Shown here: positions 19,705 through 29,389 of the stretch, piece by piece
Position numbering within the stretch: position 1 is the stretch's first letter
How the letters are laid out: every line of letters starts with the position of its first letter
Origin: a bacterium
GTDB lineage: Bacteria > Bacteroidota > Bacteroidia > Bacteroidales > UBA3663
Length of the DNA: 64,000 nucleotides
Direction of reading: 5' to 3'
Assembly (NCBI GenBank): GCA_963631395.1
Contig: CAVGQN010000001.1
Location: 1,368-65,367, forward strand
The notes under the pieces: generated by a model
What the model saw: the letters and a program-made list of their open reading frames with translations, nothing else
What the model was told of the DNA's origin: nothing
Databases searched by the model: none
Position numbers and translations under genes: made by a program

Positions 19705-22700
19705 ATGAAAAACAAGATAATTCTTTCACTTACAGTTGCAGCCTTTTCTGCTGCGGCCTTTGCGCAGGAGCAGACATTCAAGGGTACTGTGGTCGGCACT
19801 GACGGCAAACCGCTGGAGGGTGTCATCCTCTCCGTCCCGGGTGCCAACGGTTCGACTTTGACCGACGAGAACGGTGAGTTCAACCTCACCACCTCGGCTA
19901 CGGATGGAACGCTGAAGGTTGTCTTTCAGGACTACTATACCCACCTCTATCCGCTCAAGTCGAATGTCATCCCCAAGGTCATCGTGATGGTACCGATGTC
20001 GGAAAGCCGTTTCAGCGGCCAGACCTATATGCCCGACGGCAACACCATCTCGCGCGACCAGTCGAGTGCCTTGCTCGGCACCCACTATAAGAAGGACTTC
20101 TCCGACTCTCCTTCCGCCGACCTCTCATGGCAGGGTCTTGACCCCGCGCTGAACATCGTCAAGAAGAGCGGCATGCCTGGCGAAGGCGGCTATTTCAACA
20201 TCCGCGGCATCAATTCACTCAATGCCGAGAATACGCCTCTCATCGTCATCAACGGTGTGCCCTATCTGGCCAACATGTCTGTCAGCGACGTCATCAACGC
20301 CTACAGCCGCGATGCCCTGTTCGGCTACAATGCCCATGACATCCGCTCCATTACGGTGCTGAAGGGTGCCGAGGCCGCCATGTACGGTTCGCTGGGTTCC
20401 AATGGCGTGATTGCCATCCAGACGGAACAGGCTGTCAGCGACAACCTCGACACGAAGGTTTCCTTCCAGGGTTCGTATGGCATGGCCGTAGCCAAGGATG
20501 CGCTGCCGGCCCTCAATCCCTCTCAGTACAAAAACTATCTGATGGGCATTGGCCAGACACGCTACAGCTCGCTTTCAGCCCTTCAGACCGACTATCCGTT
20601 CCTGTCCAACGATGCCAACTACTATTCGTACTTGTTCAACAACAACACGGACTGGAACGACGAGATCTACCGCAACGGATTTGTCACCGACAACATCCTG
20701 CGTGTAGAGGGTGGTGACGAAATCGCCAAGTACAACATTTCGTTCGGTTATACGCACAACAACGGCGTGCTTCAGGGTACCAATTCGGGCCGTTACTCCA
20801 CTTCGTTGAATACCAACATCATGGTGAGCCGTCAGTTTGACGTCTTCGCAGGTGTCAACCTGGCCTACATCAACAGCGAATTGAACAACACCGGCATGAG
20901 CGAGGAGACCAATCCTATCCTGGCTGCCTACCACATGATGCCTAACCTGAACGTGCACCAGCAGCTCGACGACGGTTCGGTCATGAACAACCTCTACCTG
21001 AAGTACAATGGCTGGAACACGAACAGCAATCCTACGTATGATTACGACAACGTGTCCAACCCCTCTGCCATCGTCAACACCGTCGACGGCACGGACAAGA
21101 TTTACGATGCCAATATCAACCTCGGACTCAACTACCGTCCGAACCAGAATTGGACCATCACCGGTCAGGTCAACCTCTACTACGACTACACCGAGGAGTA
21201 TATCTTCACGCCGGGTGTGACTGACCAGGCCATTATCCCGCAGCTCTACGGCACGGGCGAGAACTTCGTCTCGATGGGCGTTATCCGCCAGTCGTCGTAC
21301 TACTACAACCTCAATGCCGCTTACCAGAACACCTGGAACCAGAAGCACAGCCTCTCGGCCTATGCAGGTGTGCGTCTTCTGACCAAGGACTTCGAGTACG
21401 ATGCATCGAGCGGTTACAATACGGCCAACGACTACTACAAGACCCTTTCGGTGACTACCGACGAATGGAATATTTTCGGCAACAATGACGAGTGGAAGTG
21501 GCTTTCGTTCTACCTGCACGGCGACTACACCTACAACAACCTCCTCAAGGCCAGCGTGGGCGTGACGGCCGACGGAACTTCCGCTTCCGGTGTCAATGCC
21601 AACCGCTTCGGATGGTTCCCGTCAGCCAGCTTGACTTGGTTCACGGCCAACCACGGAACCCTGCCCGATGCCTTCGACCTGCTGAATGTCACCGCCGAGG
21701 TTTCTATGTCAGGCAACAGCCGCTTCTCGAGCAACTATGCCAAGAACTACTACGTCAGCAACAACCTCTTCAATCTCGGTACTATCGTGCGCAATGGCGT
21801 GCCCAACACCAACTTGGAGTGGGAGAAGAAGTTGCAGTATGACTTGGGTGTAGACCTGTCGATGTTCGGCAACAAGTTCAATGCCCGCGTCAATGCCTTC
21901 TATGCCGACCATTTCGACCTTCTGCTCGACGCATCCCTGTCGGCAGCCTATGGTTCCAATGGCGTGTACTATGCCAACGATGCCGCCATTGCCGACCGTG
22001 GCGTAGAGGTCAGCCTCCGTTACAACCCCATCCACAACAAGGACTGGGAGTGGATCATCAATGCCGGCGGAAGCTATATCAGCACCGAAGTGACCGACTT
22101 GGGCGGACAGTCCGAGCTCATTACGAGCTATACTTCCTACAACAACGACGACGCTCAGACCCGTCTGAAGAAGGGCCGCTCGCCGTATGAGTTCTATGGT
22201 TTCGAGACCAAGGGCGTCTATGCCACTACAGCCGAGGCCCTGACTCCCGATGCCAACGGCAATGTGCTGAAGAACAGCTACGGCAACAACTACCAGGGCG
22301 GTGACGTCATCTTCGTCGACCAGAACGGTGACGGTGTCATCAACGATCAGGACCGTGTTAGCCTGGGTACGGCTGCTCCCGACTTCTTCGGTTCGTTCGG
22401 CACCTCTCTCCGCTGGAAGAACTTCACGTTGAGCGCCGACTTCTCGTTCTCTGTCGGCAACAAGGCCTACAATGCCGTACGTCGCCAGACCGAGTCGATG
22501 GATTCGTTCTTCAACCAGTCGACGGCTGTCCTCAACCGTTGGCAGAAGGAGGGCGACAAGACCAGCATGCCGCGTGCTACCTATGGTGACCCCTCGGGCA
22601 ACAACTTCTTCAGCGACCGCTGGATCGAGGATGCCGACTATCTCAAGTTGCGCAACCTCCAGCTTTCCTACGCGTTCAGCAAGGAGCAGCTGAAGATAGC

Positions 22701-22866
22701 CAGCGGCAACATCTGGATTTCGGCCGAGAATCTCGTCACCTTTACCAAATATTTGGGTTCAGACCCGGAGTTCTCCTACAGCTATACCGAGGCCCTTCGC
22801 GGATTCGACTATGCCAAGGTGGCCAACCCAATGACCTTCAAGGTAGGTGTTAATCTCAATTTCTAA
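19705..22866 (+). CDS. SusC/RagA-family TonB-dependent outer-membrane transporter (pair 2)
   Basis: The ATG at 19705 (MKNKIILSLTVAAFSAAAFAQ) lies 2 nt after the previous stop. The protein has a CarboxypepD_reg-like N-terminus, the hallmark TPLIVINGVPY, and a C-terminal ...KVGVNLNF. Confidence 0.9.
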   Translation: MKNKIILSLTVAAFSAAAFAQEQTFKGTVVGTDGKPLEGVILSVPGANGSTLTDENGEFNLTTSATDGTLKVVFQDYYTHLYPLKSNVIPKVIVMVPMSESRFSGQTYMPDGNTISRDQSSALLGTHYKKDFSDSPSADLSWQGLDPALNIVKKSGMPGEGGYFNIRGINSLNAENTPLIVINGVPYLANMSVSDVINAYSRDALFGYNAHDIRSITVLKGAEAAMYGSLGSNGVIAIQTEQAVSDNLDTKVSFQGSYGMAVAKDALPALNPSQYKNYLMGIGQTRYSSLSALQTDYPFLSNDANYYSYLFNNNTDWNDEIYRNGFVTDNILRVEGGDEIAKYNISFGYTHNNGVLQGTNSGRYSTSLNTNIMVSRQFDVFAGVNLAYINSELNNTGMSEETNPILAAYHMMPNLNVHQQLDDGSVMNNLYLKYNGWNTNSNPTYDYDNVSNPSAIVNTVDGTDKIYDANINLGLNYRPNQNWTITGQVNLYYDYTEEYIFTPGVTDQAIIPQLYGTGENFVSMGVIRQSSYYYNLNAAYQNTWNQKHSLSAYAGVRLLTKDFEYDASSGYNTANDYYKTLSVTTDEWNIFGNNDEWKWLSFYLHGDYTYNNLLKASVGVTADGTSASGVNANRFGWFPSASLTWFTANHGTLPDAFDLLNVTAEVSMSGNSRFSSNYAKNYYVSNNLFNLGTIVRNGVPNTNLEWEKKLQYDLGVDLSMFGNKFNARVNAFYADHFDLLLDASLSAAYGSNGVYYANDAAIADRGVEVSLRYNPIHNKDWEWIINAGGSYISTEVTDLGGQSELITSYTSYNNDDAQTRLKKGRSPYEFYGFETKGVYATTAEALTPDANGNVLKNSYGNNYQGGDVIFVDQNGDGVINDQDRVSLGTAAPDFFGSFGTSLRWKNFTLSADFSFSVGNKAYNAVRRQTESMDSFFNQSTAVLNRWQKEGDKTSMPRATYGDPSGNNFFSDRWIEDADYLKLRNLQLSYAFSKEQLKIASGNIWISAENLVTFTKYLGSDPEFSYSYTEALRGFDYAKVANPMTFKVGVNLNF

Positions 22867-22878
22867 AATTACAGAAAT

Positions 22879-24630
22879 ATGAAAAATATAATCTCGTTAC
22901 TTATAGGCTCTGTCTTTGTATCGGGTTCCCTGTTCCTGACGACTTCGTGCGATGATTTCTTCGAAACCAATCCTGCGAACATCATGAACGATGAGGACTA
23001 TATGGGTAAGGAGTCTGACATCTACCGCGGCTATCTGGGCATACAGACCCGTATGCAGGAAGTCGGCGACCAGGCCATGATCCTGACCGACACGCGGTGC
23101 CAGTACCTGGAGACGACAGGCAATGCCCCCGTCGCCCTGCAGAACATCAACAACTACGAGCCGACCGACGGCAACACCTATGCCGACCCGACCGGATACT
23201 ATGCCGTAGTGGTGGCCTGCAACGACTTCCTGACCAAAATTGATGATTTCTATACCGAAGTGAACGGTGTCGTTTCCGACTCGGCCAAAGTGCGCATCCC
23301 GCGTCTGGTGTCCGGTGCACTCCGCTACAAGGTGTGGGCTTATCTGATGCTGGGCCGTATCTACGGCGAGGCTTATTGGTATGAAACAAGCAACACCGAG
23401 CTCGTCTCGCTGAGCGACACGAAGACCTTCGAGCACCTCGACATGAAGGGTATCTGCGACAAGTGTATCGACCTGCTCGACAACGGCATTACGCTGTGCG
23501 GCCAGCAGATTCCTGCCGACCTGACCATGGACTGGACCCGTTGGGTCGAGCCGTTGGTGGGCGACGCCAACTACGACTACTGGAAGTACATGAGCCCGGA
23601 TTGGCTCTGTCTGCGCGCCGAACTGACCACATGGCGTACCAACTACGAGGATGCCGCTGCCGCCAAGGCCGACTGGCTGTGGGTGCGCGACAATGTCCTG
23701 CAGTTCTTGGCAGATCAGATGAACGTCAAGTGGTATAACTATGCGACCTGTATGACCCTGACGCTCTACTATGCGCAGATGTTCTTTGGTGAGGGCGCTG
23801 TGGAGGATAATATCTACACAGGCTCCGGCGACGGACACCTGCAGACGCTGAGCGCCATCTACTACGACTACGACAACTTCCAGCGCAACCGCATCGTGCA
23901 GTATCTCTGCCCCGAGTATCCCGGTGACGGTTACTACCTGCGTCCTTCCGAATATGCCATGTCGCAGTACAACAGCTCGGATCTGCGCGGCGAGACACAG
24001 AAGCTGATGGTGACCCAGTACAACGAAGGTCTGGCTTTGACCAAGTTCTACTACACCCGCTACAACTCACGCGGCTATCTGCGTACCAAGATTTTCGAGA
24101 TCGAGCCGCAGATATACCTCTACCGTGGCCATGAGTTGCACTACTGGCTGGCCGAAGCCGAGAACCATCTCGGTCACTGGCAGGTGTGCGATGCGCTGCT
24201 CAACGATGGTTTGCTCAACTACTTCCCTGGCGGTGTCAACACCATTCCCAAGGACTCCATCGACGGCGACCGCGTGTGGGACGAACGTTACACATCCTTC
24301 TTTATCGCTTATGGCGACTTGGGCCTGACCGGTACTGTGAAGGGTACGCTGCACGACCTGACGCAGCTACCAGACGGCGGTGACACGCTGGCCTTTGCGT
24401 TCGACGAGGACCGCATCAAGGAGTATGACCTTGCTTTGGCCGACGAGTTCCTCAAGGAGTTTACGGGTGAAGGCAAGTCGTACAGCTACCTCTGCAAGAT
24501 GGCCGAGCGTTATGGCAAGGACTACACGGTCATCTACGACCGCATCAAGGGCAAGTACGAAAATACCGGCAACCAGCAGAAGGTGCAGTCATCGCTGCAG
24601 CAGAAATACTTTATTGACTGGAATCTCTAA
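22879..24630 (+). CDS. SusD/RagB-family lipoprotein (pair 2)
   Basis: 583 aa with lipobox LTTSCDD. It lies 12 nt after SusC and has SusD-like helical repeats (YRGYLGIQTRMQEVGD..., YWLAEAENHLG...). Confidence 0.8.
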   Translation: MKNIISLLIGSVFVSGSLFLTTSCDDFFETNPANIMNDEDYMGKESDIYRGYLGIQTRMQEVGDQAMILTDTRCQYLETTGNAPVALQNINNYEPTDGNTYADPTGYYAVVVACNDFLTKIDDFYTEVNGVVSDSAKVRIPRLVSGALRYKVWAYLMLGRIYGEAYWYETSNTELVSLSDTKTFEHLDMKGICDKCIDLLDNGITLCGQQIPADLTMDWTRWVEPLVGDANYDYWKYMSPDWLCLRAELTTWRTNYEDAAAAKADWLWVRDNVLQFLADQMNVKWYNYATCMTLTLYYAQMFFGEGAVEDNIYTGSGDGHLQTLSAIYYDYDNFQRNRIVQYLCPEYPGDGYYLRPSEYAMSQYNSSDLRGETQKLMVTQYNEGLALTKFYYTRYNSRGYLRTKIFEIEPQIYLYRGHELHYWLAEAENHLGHWQVCDALLNDGLLNYFPGGVNTIPKDSIDGDRVWDERYTSFFIAYGDLGLTGTVKGTLHDLTQLPDGGDTLAFAFDEDRIKEYDLALADEFLKEFTGEGKSYSYLCKMAERYGKDYTVIYDRIKGKYENTGNQQKVQSSLQQKYFIDWNL

Positions 24631-24635
24631 ATAGG

Positions 24636-24677
24636 CAAGTCGCGCAGTCACCCCTTCGAGGGGGATTGCGCGACTTG
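24636..24677 (+). terminator. Long GC-rich hairpin after the second SusD gene
   Basis: caagtcgcgcagtcacccc-ttcga-ggggattgcgcgacttg forms a stem of about 18 bp with one bulge and one G-U pair, 5 nt after the stop. No T-run follows. Confidence 0.5.
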
Positions 24678-24801
24678 ACACATTTCGGCTATCTGGCCAA
24701 TATGACTCCGGAAAGGTAAAAAAAGTCGCAATTAGGGGTAAAAAAAGTTTAAGGGAAGAAAGAAAAGACATTACTTCTTTGCTTGTTTCCTATAAAAACG
24801 C

Positions 24802-24809
24802 TAATTTTG
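24802..24809 (+). promoter_or_regulatory. -7 box TAATTTTG for the beta-helix gene
   Basis: Exact TAnnTTTG match 190 nt upstream of the ATG at 24999. Confidence 0.4.
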
Positions 24810-24998
24810 CAACGTGTAAGTAACCACTTGCCCCTGGCATTGGGATATATTTACAGCAGACAAAAGAGAAAGAAAAAGGAAAACCGAACAGATTCCGAAC
24901 CAAGAAAAACAAGACTTGTACCAAAGAATCCCGTTTGCACTTCCTGCTAAATATCAGAAGTTTATTAACCCATTATTAAATCCTAAATTTCAGACACT

Positions 24999-27305
24999 AT
25001 GAAAAAGATTTTTACACTTTTCATGTCGGGAATGGTTGCTGTTTCGGCATTGGCCCAGACCAAGGCTAATCCGACCAGCGATGCCAACACCATCAACAGT
25101 GCGTTCACCAGTGGTAGCGACCAGGTCGTTTACATCAAAGCTCCTGCCAATGGAAGCGCTATCAACCTTAAGAGCCCTAAGCCGAACAACAAAGGCAACC
25201 TGCACTTTATCGGTGTGCCTGACTCTCTTGGCCATCTGCCGGAAATCGACTTCCAAATTACGATTCCGTCGAATACAGACGAGGAACCATATTCTTGGAC
25301 TTTCGAGAACCTGGTGCTTGGTACAACTTTCACCAATTCGTTCACTACCGGTAACTCCAAGTATCATTTCTCTTACAAGGACTCTGCTGCCCACTATATG
25401 GACACCCTGGCCTTCATCAACTGCGAGATTACCAATATCACCCGTGGTTTTTGGCGTGCCCAGAACCTTTCGACCAAGACAGGTAATGACGGCGCCGGCG
25501 GATATGTAGACGGCGGTGCTATCAACGTATTCCGTATGGAGGGCTGTACAATCCACAACGCACCTCAGAACAATCTGTTTTCTATCTTCTATATGGGCCA
25601 GCGTGTGAGCGAGATGACTTTCCGCAACAATACCTTCTACGACATCCCACAGATGAACGGTCTCGTTTCCTTTGGCTATATGGAATCTGAGTCTCTTCGC
25701 GAGGCCATCAACTTCACGTTCGAGAACAATACGGTTGTCGTAGGCTCCAAGTCCCGTATCTTCGACTTTGGTTCGAATGTAGGCCAGATGTCAGAGGTTC
25801 ACATCAACAACAACTTCTTCCTCTATCCGGATTATACAAGCGCCTGGGCACAGGAAAAGAGTGTGAATGACTCTATTGTCAACAGCAACTTCGGAAAACA
25901 GGGTATCGTCCGGATTGCTTTTGCCGGTGGCGGTATCGAGGTCAAGAACAATGTTCTCTATGGTTACATCTATGGCATTGACGACCCATTGGATGCCGAT
26001 AAGCAAGCTACTTGGGCCAGCGATCCTGACTCAAGCTCTCTGTCTATGGCCGATGTCAACATGACATGGAACACCTTCACCGATGCTCCTAACGGTCTCT
26101 TCTACATCTATAATAAGGAGAAAGTTTATACGGCAGGTGTGGACGGTTGTCCTATCGGCGATAGCACCAACTACACCAACGTAGAGTATAAGGTCGTAAC
26201 ACTTGACATTCAGGCCGAAGGCTCGAAGTCAGCTATCCTGAGCGCTTCTCCGTCAGCCGCTTCTTATCTGTCGGGCGAAGTAGTCCGCGTCAGCTACAAT
26301 ACACGTGGCCTCTCAGACTTCCTGGGCTGGACCGTCAACGGCAAGGATGCCGGTATGGACAACCCGATTGAACTGACCCTTACCGAGAATACCGTTTTGG
26401 TCGGCAAGTTCCAGGAGCACGACTATCTCGCAGTCTTCGACTTCACCAACCGTGGCAAAGACACGAAGGACGCTCCTTACTATTCTGAGGTCTTCACGAC
26501 TGATTCCGCTCTACAGATCAACTACCGCACTTGGGATGAAGCTACCTCGGCTTATGCAGACACAGTGACCAACGCCGTTTACTCACGCAGTGACAAGTTC
26601 TCTAAGCCCTGTATCGTAGTGCGCACACAGAACCTGTACAACAACCAGCATCCTGACTACCTCTACATCACCGTACCCGCTCTTGAGGCCGGCGCCAAGA
26701 TTACATCGGGTGTAGGTACCGACAACTTCATCTACTCAAAGACCAACATCGACGTTCGCGAGGTAGGTGCTGCCGAATGGACCAACATCGGTTCTGTACA
26801 ACTCAATCCTGACACTGTCAAGTGCGAGATTACTTCGTTCCATGTCAACAACCCGACTATCTTCACCGATGCTGCGGGCAATCCATACGAGGCTACCAAC
26901 TACTTCGAGTCCAACACCTGGCACCCGGTATCAGCCGACATCCCGGCTAAGTTCGCTGGCAAGGCTATCGAAATCCGCTTCATGGGCGACGCTACCAGTG
27001 CACCGTTTATGGCTGCTGACCAGTATGGCAACATGAAGGTACAGTATGCCAACGGCGTATACGACAGCGAGGATCCCTACACCGCCAAGAAGATTGAGGA
27101 CGGTTCGGCTTACTTCTCCGGTAAGGAGTACTTGTATATCTCTGCCATCGAAATTGACGGTAAGCTCTCCGGCGCTGCTGCCATCTCCGAGATTGCTGCC
27201 GATGGTCAGAACAGCGGACGTATGTACGACCTCCTGGGCCGTCAGGTCAATGGCGCCAAGGCCGGTCTCTTCATCCAGAACGGCAAGGTCGTTATGGTAC
27301 GATAA
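24999..27305 (+). CDS. T9SS-secreted right-handed beta-helix-like protein (possible polysaccharide lyase or binding protein; DUF4957/DUF5123-like by recollection)
   Basis: 768 aa with a signal peptide. Repetitive beta-helix-like turns are present (INCEITNITRGFW..., FRMEGCTIHNAP..., TFRNNTFYDIP..., FENNTVVVGS..., INNNFFLYP..., VKNNVLYGY). The C-terminus MYDLLGRQVNGAKAGLFIQNGKVVMVR is a T9SS CTD. Confidence 0.6.
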   Translation: MKKIFTLFMSGMVAVSALAQTKANPTSDANTINSAFTSGSDQVVYIKAPANGSAINLKSPKPNNKGNLHFIGVPDSLGHLPEIDFQITIPSNTDEEPYSWTFENLVLGTTFTNSFTTGNSKYHFSYKDSAAHYMDTLAFINCEITNITRGFWRAQNLSTKTGNDGAGGYVDGGAINVFRMEGCTIHNAPQNNLFSIFYMGQRVSEMTFRNNTFYDIPQMNGLVSFGYMESESLREAINFTFENNTVVVGSKSRIFDFGSNVGQMSEVHINNNFFLYPDYTSAWAQEKSVNDSIVNSNFGKQGIVRIAFAGGGIEVKNNVLYGYIYGIDDPLDADKQATWASDPDSSSLSMADVNMTWNTFTDAPNGLFYIYNKEKVYTAGVDGCPIGDSTNYTNVEYKVVTLDIQAEGSKSAILSASPSAASYLSGEVVRVSYNTRGLSDFLGWTVNGKDAGMDNPIELTLTENTVLVGKFQEHDYLAVFDFTNRGKDTKDAPYYSEVFTTDSALQINYRTWDEATSAYADTVTNAVYSRSDKFSKPCIVVRTQNLYNNQHPDYLYITVPALEAGAKITSGVGTDNFIYSKTNIDVREVGAAEWTNIGSVQLNPDTVKCEITSFHVNNPTIFTDAAGNPYEATNYFESNTWHPVSADIPAKFAGKAIEIRFMGDATSAPFMAADQYGNMKVQYANGVYDSEDPYTAKKIEDGSAYFSGKEYLYISAIEIDGKLSGAAAISEIAADGQNSGRMYDLLGRQVNGAKAGLFIQNGKVVMVR

Positions 27306-27368
27306 CAATCTCCCTGTCATGGGTCGGGCTCTTGCCCGACCTGCGGCAGTAGATGATAAAACCCTATA

Positions 27369-27409
27369 ACAAAGCGGGGCAAGGATTCGGTTCCTTGTCC
27401 CGCTTTGTT
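27369..27409. terminator. Bidirectional terminator hairpin between convergent genes
   Basis: aacaaagcggggcaagga / tccttgtcccgctttgtt forms an 18-bp stem with one G-U pair and a short loop. Confidence 0.6.
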
Positions 27410-27438
27410 ATGACCATCTGTGCGGTCGGGGCTACATC

Positions 27439-28143
27439 TCAGTTTTGCGTGAGATAAGCGATGATACGCGCTACGGCATCGGCTATGTTGTGGCTGGCCA
27501 GCGAGAGGTTCTTCTTGAACTCCTCGTAGGTCTCCGCTCCGCTGTCGCACAGGTCGGTGACGGACTTGACGAGCAGAATGGGGATGCCGTAGAGCGAACA
27601 GACGAAGGCGACGGCTGCGCCTTCCATATCCTTGAGTTCTCCGTTGTTCTCCTCGATGATGCGGGCATCACAGGGCTGCAGGTCCAGCGACGAGCCCGTG
27701 GTCACTTTGCCCATCTTGTAGCCCAGGGCAGAGGCGATTTCGCTCGAGCGGTCACTGACGGCATAGTTGCCTATGGACTGCGTGCCCCAGGCATCGTCAC
27801 CGCTTACCCTCCGGTCGTGGAACATGGCACCATTGGCCACGTAGACGTCGCCGATATGGGCTCCGTTTTTCTGCCAGGCGCCGCAGGTGCCCGAGTTGAC
27901 GATGAGGTCGGGATGCAGGGCCTGGATGGCCGCCATGGTAGCTACAGAGGCGGCTTCGCAGCCTATCAGGTCCGAGCCGTGCTGCTGGCCGTTCAGTACG
28001 ATATCGAGTTCATGTCCGTTGAGGATGGTGTGGTAGAGACGGCAAGGCAGAGGAGCGAAGAACCCTCCCTCCTCTGTCACGCCGTATCGGTCGATGAAAG
28101 GCTGGGCCTCAGCCTGCATGGCGATGATAAAGCAAATCTTCAT
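27439..28143 (-). CDS. MTA/SAH nucleosidase-family (PNP_UDP_1) protein
   Basis: 234 aa. It is colinear with Pfs/MtnN-type nucleosidases: MKICFIIAMQAEAQPF..., LIVNSGTCGA..., GDVYVANG..., KDMEGAAVAFVC..., LLVKSVTDL. It could also be a futalosine-hydrolase-like paralogue. Confidence 0.7.
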   Translation of the reverse strand: MKICFIIAMQAEAQPFIDRYGVTEEGGFFAPLPCRLYHTILNGHELDIVLNGQQHGSDLIGCEAASVATMAAIQALHPDLIVNSGTCGAWQKNGAHIGDVYVANGAMFHDRRVSGDDAWGTQSIGNYAVSDRSSEIASALGYKMGKVTTGSSLDLQPCDARIIEENNGELKDMEGAAVAFVCSLYGIPILLVKSVTDLCDSGAETYEEFKKNLSLASHNIADAVARIIAYLTQN

Positions 28144-28151
28144 ATCGCTCT

Positions 28152-29198
28152 TTATTGCTGTGCAGACGGGGTTTGGCCGAGAGTAGCCAGAATGGCCTTT
28201 TCTATATCCTCGCCTCTGAGATTGCGGTTGAGGATGGTGCCGTCGGGGGCAATCAGCATGATGTGGGGGATGCCGAGTATGCCGTAGGCTTTTGTTGGAG
28301 AGTCCTCACGGTCGCCGGTGAAGATGACGGGCCAGCTGATGGGTAGTTCGCTCATGGCCTTGCGGGTATCTTCGATGGTTTCCTCCCAAACGGCGATGCC
28401 GACGGTGGCCACTTTGTCTTTGTACTGCGGGGCATATTTGGACAGATATTCCGAAATCTCATTGCGGCAGGGTCCGCACCATGAGGCCCAGAAGTCGACG
28501 AGTACCAGTTTGCCGGTGCCCACGTAGTCCGAGAGTTTGCTTTCCTCGCCGTTGGTTGTATCGATACCCTTCACATCGACATACGGCTTGCCGGGGGCAG
28601 TAGCCTCGGCGCCTTCCTTGCTTTTGACAATCGTCTTCAGCCGGCCGTTATCGCGGTACAGGTCGCAGAGGTTCATGACGCTGTCCAGTTCCGCTTTTGT
28701 CATGTCGTAGGCAGCCACAAGTGTCACCTGCAGACCGAGAGCATCGCCGATATGTTTGGCAGCCACCTCATGCAGCAGTTTGTTCTCTTCGGCCTGCAGA
28801 CTGTCTCGGTTGGGGCTGGGCAGTTCGTAGAGGGCATACAAGTCTTCCAGTTGGCGTGAGAGAGCCGTCATGTCGTCGTTCATGGGGGTGCCAGTGGCGA
28901 TACCCTCGTTGAGGTTCACGTTCATGGTGCCCGGTTCGAGGAAGATTTGGGCCGCCTTCCTTCTGTCGACCCTGACTATGGCCATTTTAGCCGTGTCGGC
29001 TGCCGTGCCGCTAAAGGTGAAGGTGCTGTCCTGGACGGTTTGAGTGGCGAGCGTGTCGCCGCCCAGCATCAGGTACACGTTTTTGCCTTCAGCTCCCCGC
29101 ACGATACCGTTGAGGGTATAGGAGCGGTCAGAGCTAGAACACCCTGCCAGCAGAGCGGTGGCAAGGACTGCGTAGGTTGCATAAAGATACTTTTTCAT
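28152..29198 (-). CDS. TlpA-like thiol:disulfide oxidoreductase lipoprotein (thioredoxin fold)
   Basis: I place the start at the internal ATG 29198 (MKKYLYATYAVLATALLAGCSS), which gives a lipobox. The redox motif is WASWCGPC. The gene lies 8 nt upstream of the nucleosidase gene. Confidence 0.8.
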   Translation of the reverse strand: MKKYLYATYAVLATALLAGCSSSDRSYTLNGIVRGAEGKNVYLMLGGDTLATQTVQDSTFTFSGTAADTAKMAIVRVDRRKAAQIFLEPGTMNVNLNEGIATGTPMNDDMTALSRQLEDLYALYELPSPNRDSLQAEENKLLHEVAAKHIGDALGLQVTLVAAYDMTKAELDSVMNLCDLYRDNGRLKTIVKSKEGAEATAPGKPYVDVKGIDTTNGEESKLSDYVGTGKLVLVDFWASWCGPCRNEISEYLSKYAPQYKDKVATVGIAVWEETIEDTRKAMSELPISWPVIFTGDREDSPTKAYGILGIPHIMLIAPDGTILNRNLRGEDIEKAILATLGQTPSAQQ

Positions 29199-29237
29199 TG
29201 TGCGTTTTTTATTAAAATGAAGTGTTCTTACTATGTG

Positions 29238-29245
29238 CAAAGGTA
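29238..29245 (-). promoter_or_regulatory. -7 box TACCTTTG (minus strand) for the tlpA-like / nucleosidase unit
   Basis: Plus-strand caaaggta lies 40 nt upstream of the start at 29198. Confidence 0.45.
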
Positions 29246-29349
29246 CGGGAAAGTTGTCAAATATGCAAGTATGCGGGGTCAAAAATGCAATCTGCGTCCC
29301 GAAAACGTAAAAAGTCGGCCTAAAATTTGGCGATTGAAATATATGTTCC

Positions 29350-29357
29350 TATATTTG
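29350..29357 (+). promoter_or_regulatory. -7 box TATATTTG for the TPR protein gene
   Basis: Exact TAnnTTTG match 33 nt upstream of the ATG at 29390. Confidence 0.45.
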
Positions 29358-29389
29358 CAATGTCAGACTAGCACCAAATTGTTTTGATT

